In this document: positions 51,290 to 54,924 of the stretch, in pieces
Layout of the letters: every line of letters begins with the position of its first letter
Position numbering within the stretch: the stretch's first letter is position 1
Origin: Candidatus Limnocylindria bacterium
Lineage (GTDB): Bacteria; Chloroflexota; Limnocylindria; P2-11E
Direction: 5' to 3'
Assembly: GCA_036555955.1 (NCBI GenBank)
Contig: DATBKH010000170.1
Span: forward strand, 1-54,924
Length of the DNA: 54,924 nucleotides
Made by a program: the position numbers and the translations under genes
Notes under the pieces: generated by a model
Database searches by the model: none
What the model saw: the letters and a program-made list of their open reading frames with translations, nothing else
Told to the model about the DNA's origin: nothing

Positions 51290-54277
51290 ATGCGCCGGGA
51301 GGAGCGCCGTCTGGTGGCGTGCCTCTTCATCGACGTCGTGGGGTCCACCGAGCACACCCTCCGCCTGGGGCCGGAGCGTCTGAAGGCGGCGCTCGGCGCG
51401 GTGTTCGGCGAGCTTCGGGCGCTGATCGAGCGCGAGGGCGGGACCGTGGAGAAGTACATCGGCGACGAGATCTACGCGCTGTTCGGCGCGCCGATCGGTC
51501 ACGAGGACGATCCGGCGCGCGGCCTCCGCGCGGCCGAGGGCGCTCGGCGCTGGGCCCACGAGCGACAGAGCTCGGACGTCGCGTTCGACATACGCGTCGG
51601 TCTCGAGACCGGCGAGGCCGTCGTCGACCTCGCAGCCACCGAAGTAGCACATCAGCAGATGAGCGTCGGGGCCGTGGTGAACGTCGCCTCGCGGCTGTGC
51701 CACCAGGCGGAGCCCGGCCAGGTCCTCGTCGGGCCGACGGCCCACGCCGCGACCGAGGACCTCGGTGACTTCCGCGCGGTCGGATCGGTCCCGCTAAAGG
51801 GCATCGGCCCCACCGCCGTCTGGGAGCTCCTCGCGCTGAAGACCGCGCCACAACGGAGACGGCTGCCGTTCGTCGGCCGCCAGAGCGAGCTCGAGTTGCT
51901 CGCGATCGCGCGCCGGCGCGCGCGCGATCGGTCGGTGCTGGTCCTCGTCTCGGGACCGCCCGGCCAGGGGAAGACTCGGCTCGTCGAAGAGTTCCTCGCC
52001 GGCCGCGGCGATGCGCTGGTGCTCGCCGCGCGCTGCCGCCCCGGCGGCGAGATCGCGGCGCTCGCCCCGCTCCGGGAGCTCGTGCTCGGCGCTCGCTCCG
52101 ACGCCGACCTCGGCGCCGTGATCGCCGAGGCGGTCGCCCCGCCGGAACGCGACCGGGTGCGCGAGACCCTCGCCTACTCGATCGGGATCCCCTCGAGCTC
52201 TGCGCTCGCCTCCGTCGGCAAGGACGAACGCGACGACGAGATCGTGAACGCGTGGCGCACATTCCTCGGCGGCCTCTCGTCGCGGCAGCCGGTGGTCATC
52301 TGGATCGAAGATCTGCACTGGGCCGACCCGGAGATCGTCCGCCTCATCGACCGGCTCTCGCACGCCGACGACCCACTCCTATTGATAGCGACGGCGCGGC
52401 CTGAGTTCGCGGAGGCGGCCGGGCTTCGGCCCACGGGCGACCGTTTCTTCATCGAGCTCGAGGGCCTCGAGCCCGGCGCGGCCGGCGAGCTCGCCGCGAG
52501 CGCGGGCAACACCGACGAGCAGACCGTCGCCCGGGCCGAGGGGAATCCGCTCTTCATCGTCGAGCTGGCGCGGGCTCGCGAGCTGCGAGGCGAGCTTCCG
52601 ATCACGCTCCAGGGTGCTCTCGGCGCGCGGCTCGACGAGCTCGACACGGAGGATCGCTCGCTGCTCGCCCATGCCGCGGTCGTCGGCGAGACGTTCTCGG
52701 CGAGCGACGCGGCCGCCCTCACCCGCCGCGAGGCGAGCGCCGTCGGCTCGGCGCTCCTGCGCCTCGTCGACCGCCACTACATCGCTCGGGTCGACGGGCG
52801 CTACCGCTTCCATCACTCACTCCTCCGCGACGTGGCCTACGGACGGCTCCTCGTCGCGGACCGCATGCGGCTCCATGCGCGCTGCGCCGCGGAGCGCGCG
52901 GCCATCGACGATCCGGAGGTCGTCGCGCACCACTGGTGGTCGGCGCTCGGCGGCCCGGACGCCGAGTGGGTCTGGCGCGACGACCCCGAGCTTCCGGCCA
53001 TGCGGCGGGCGGCGTTCGCCGCGCACATCGTGGCGGGCTCGCGAAGCGCCGAGGTCTTCGCGCTCGACCGCGCGGTGCCGCTCCTGGAGCGCGCGTTCTC
53101 CTTCGCGTCGAACGACACCGAGCGCGGCGAGGCGAAGCGCGCGCTCGGCGATGCGTACGCGAACGACCTCCGCGGCGACCCGGCGTGGCGCGCCTACCTC
53201 GAGGCGCGCGATCACTTCAGGATGGCGGGCGCGGTCCCCTCGAGCGTCTACCTGGGTGCGCTGAAGGTCCGCATGCGCGTCGGCGCGTTCACCAAGAAGC
53301 TCGACGAGAACGAGGTCGAGGCGATGTACGCGGAGGCGGAAGCCGCCGCCCGCGCGTCCCACGATGCCGGCGCGCTCGCACGCACGCTGGTGTACGGAGC
53401 GTTCCGCGACATGGACCCGGCGACCGCCCCCGGCGATCGCGCGAAGCTGAACGAGGCGCTTCGGATCTCCGAGGGCTCCGATCCGGCGACCCGCCGGGAA
53501 GTCCTCGGCTGGTACGCGAACGAGCTCCTGCGCGACTCCGAGCTCGACGCCGCGCGCCGGGTCATGGACGACATGGACGCGCTCGCCGTCCCGACGAACG
53601 AGCTCGATCGGATGGAGCACTTCCGCGGCAAGGCGCTGCTGGCCCAGCGCACCGGCGATCTGCCGCTCCTCGAGAGCATCGCCGCCGAGCTCGTCGCGAT
53701 GAGCCGTCGCATGGGTCCGCACCTGCGAACGCACGCGGACGTCTACGCGGTCTGGGCCGCCGTGGATCGCGGCGACTGGGCGAAGGTGCGCGAGCTCGCG
53801 CGTGAGACCAGGCGACTGGTGACGACGTCGCCGGGGACGGCGTTCTGCTCGTCCGCCGCGATCCTTCTCGCGTTCGGCGCCGCCATGGAGGCGCGTGCCG
53901 GTCGTGGCGACGAGGCGCGCGCACTCGCGACCCCGATCGCGGCGGCCACCTACGACGCCTGGGTGCGCAGCGACCTCGCCGCCTTCGCGCTGATCTACAC
54001 CGGAGAGAGAGCCGCCGGGACGAACAGAGAGCTCTCGTCCGTCGCCATCCCGTTCGCCGCGGTCGTCGCCGTCGCGGCCGGCGACCACGACCGCGCGCTG
54101 GCCATCGCGTCGGACCTGGAGCGGCGCTCACACGGCGGCGCGCGCTTCTTCGCGGCTCTGGCCGAGGCCATCCGTGAGGAGGTCGCGCGTGACCGCACCG
54201 GCGCGACCCCGGCGCACGCGAATCTCCGGGCGCTCGGGTACGTGGGCTGGAGCGAGCTCTTGGAGGCTCGTGCGTGA
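51290..54277 (+). CDS. Class III adenylate(guanylate) cyclase / P-loop STAND ATPase / helical-repeat protein (paralog 3, most divergent)
   Basis: ATG 51290 is 7 nt after AGGAG (51278-51282); the track start is GTG 51287. Cyclase motifs CLFIDVVGST, EKYIGDEIYALFGAP and GAVVNVASR. Walker A GPPGQGKT. Confidence 0.85.
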   Translation: MRREERRLVACLFIDVVGSTEHTLRLGPERLKAALGAVFGELRALIEREGGTVEKYIGDEIYALFGAPIGHEDDPARGLRAAEGARRWAHERQSSDVAFDIRVGLETGEAVVDLAATEVAHQQMSVGAVVNVASRLCHQAEPGQVLVGPTAHAATEDLGDFRAVGSVPLKGIGPTAVWELLALKTAPQRRRLPFVGRQSELELLAIARRRARDRSVLVLVSGPPGQGKTRLVEEFLAGRGDALVLAARCRPGGEIAALAPLRELVLGARSDADLGAVIAEAVAPPERDRVRETLAYSIGIPSSSALASVGKDERDDEIVNAWRTFLGGLSSRQPVVIWIEDLHWADPEIVRLIDRLSHADDPLLLIATARPEFAEAAGLRPTGDRFFIELEGLEPGAAGELAASAGNTDEQTVARAEGNPLFIVELARARELRGELPITLQGALGARLDELDTEDRSLLAHAAVVGETFSASDAAALTRREASAVGSALLRLVDRHYIARVDGRYRFHHSLLRDVAYGRLLVADRMRLHARCAAERAAIDDPEVVAHHWWSALGGPDAEWVWRDDPELPAMRRAAFAAHIVAGSRSAEVFALDRAVPLLERAFSFASNDTERGEAKRALGDAYANDLRGDPAWRAYLEARDHFRMAGAVPSSVYLGALKVRMRVGAFTKKLDENEVEAMYAEAEAAARASHDAGALARTLVYGAFRDMDPATAPGDRAKLNEALRISEGSDPATRREVLGWYANELLRDSELDAARRVMDDMDALAVPTNELDRMEHFRGKALLAQRTGDLPLLESIAAELVAMSRRMGPHLRTHADVYAVWAAVDRGDWAKVRELARETRRLVTTSPGTAFCSSAAILLAFGAAMEARAGRGDEARALATPIAAATYDAWVRSDLAAFALIYTGERAAGTNRELSSVAIPFAAVVAVAAGDHDRALAIASDLERRSHGGARFFAALAEAIREEVARDRTGATPAHANLRALGYVGWSELLEARA

Positions 54278-54303
54278 GACCACGAAGCTGAACGCTTCGC
54301 CGG

Positions 54304-54906
54304 TCAGGCTGTCGCCTTCGCTCCCGCCGCACCGATGCGGCGCGCCTCCGCGATCGGAAGCTGCCACAGCGTGCTCTGCCAGGCGTGCTTGAAGCCGAGC
54401 TTCGTGTTGATCGCGAGCATCTGCGCGTTCACGTTCGCGTTCCCGGTGCGGATGAATCGAGAGTCCGTCCGCTCGGCGAGGATCCGCTCGAGCATCGCGG
54501 CCTTCATCCACATCCCGAGGTTGTGGCCGCGGTGCGCCGCGATGACCGCGGTGCCTTCCTGCTCGATGGAGTGCGGGTCGCGTGGATCGAAGTCGACCTC
54601 GGTGAAGCCGACGCCCTGCCCGGTCGCCTCGTGGATGGCGAGGATCAGCCACCAGCGCCGGCCAGACTGCTGGAACCAGCTTTCGCGCTGGCGGATCTGC
54701 GTCTCGGTCAGCGTGAAGTCGTTGAAGGCGATGTCGCCTTTCGGCATGTCGTTGATCCCGCGAGAGGCTTGGATGTACGGCTCGACGAGCTCGGCCGGGA
54801 CGCGGTCGTCGATACGGACGAGGCGGTATCCCGCCGGATCGAGCCGCGCCCACTCGGCGACCCTCGCGCGGTCGACGCCTCGCAGGTCGAGTTGGTTGAT
54901 CCTCAT
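54304..54906 (-). CDS. GNAT-family N-acetyltransferase
   Basis: About 200 aa with an acetyl-CoA-binding-like segment [24 protein letters not shown] and a C-terminal NA.M..IN.KLGF. Confidence 0.75.
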   Translation of the reverse strand: MRINQLDLRGVDRARVAEWARLDPAGYRLVRIDDRVPAELVEPYIQASRGINDMPKGDIAFNDFTLTETQIRQRESWFQQSGRRWWLILAIHEATGQGVGFTEVDFDPRDPHSIEQEGTAVIAAHRGHNLGMWMKAAMLERILAERTDSRFIRTGNANVNAQMLAINTKLGFKHAWQSTLWQLPIAEARRIGAAGAKATA

Positions 54907-54924
54907 AGGGAGCCCGGGCGTCGC

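Noticed and set aside
1-54924. A scan for CRISPR arrays, rRNA/tRNA genes, IS elements, integrases or phage modules.
   Set aside because: No regularly spaced direct repeats occur outside coding regions. No transposase or integrase motifs appear in any frame. All intergenic gaps are shorter than 270 nt.

Overview
This is a visibly high-GC (about 70% by eye), gene-dense bacterial chromosomal window. The gene content (an F420-type LLM oxidoreductase, an ECF sigma factor, multiple cyclase-STAND-TPR paralogs) suggests an Actinomycetota- or Chloroflexota-like soil lineage, but that is inference only. I support about 50 protein genes, many joined by 1-4 nt start/stop overlaps. I recognised no rRNA, tRNA, CRISPR array, transposase or prophage. 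Ordinary content: (1) a histidine operon hisZ-G-D-C-B-H-F-IE on the minus strand (26301-33016), which lacks hisA and is preceded by a His-codon mini-ORF and a terminator hairpin; (2) a peptide/nickel-type ABC importer operon (39155-45263); (3) several peptidases (two S41, S9, M24, M20); (4) an ECF sigma factor, TetR and Crp regulators, a rhodanese-MoeB enzyme, a SET-domain protein, a CN-hydrolase and an aldehyde dehydrogenase. The most unusual feature is three paralogous adenylate-cyclase/P-loop STAND/TPR proteins. One sits head-to-head with a membrane protein that fuses a PqqD-like (RRE-like) domain, an M50 site-2-protease core and two cyclic-nucleotide-binding domains. Downstream of that protein are a translationally coupled B-box-like zinc mini-protein, a 400-aa acidic tandem-repeat protein with an NHLP/Nif11-like N-terminal leader ending in Gly-Gly, and a convergent Crp-family regulator. 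I propose this as a candidate cAMP-gated peptide/protein-processing module. Many long ORFs in the six-frame track are antisense or out-of-frame artefacts of high GC, and several true genes start well inside their track ORF. All family calls come from motif recognition by eye, not database searches.
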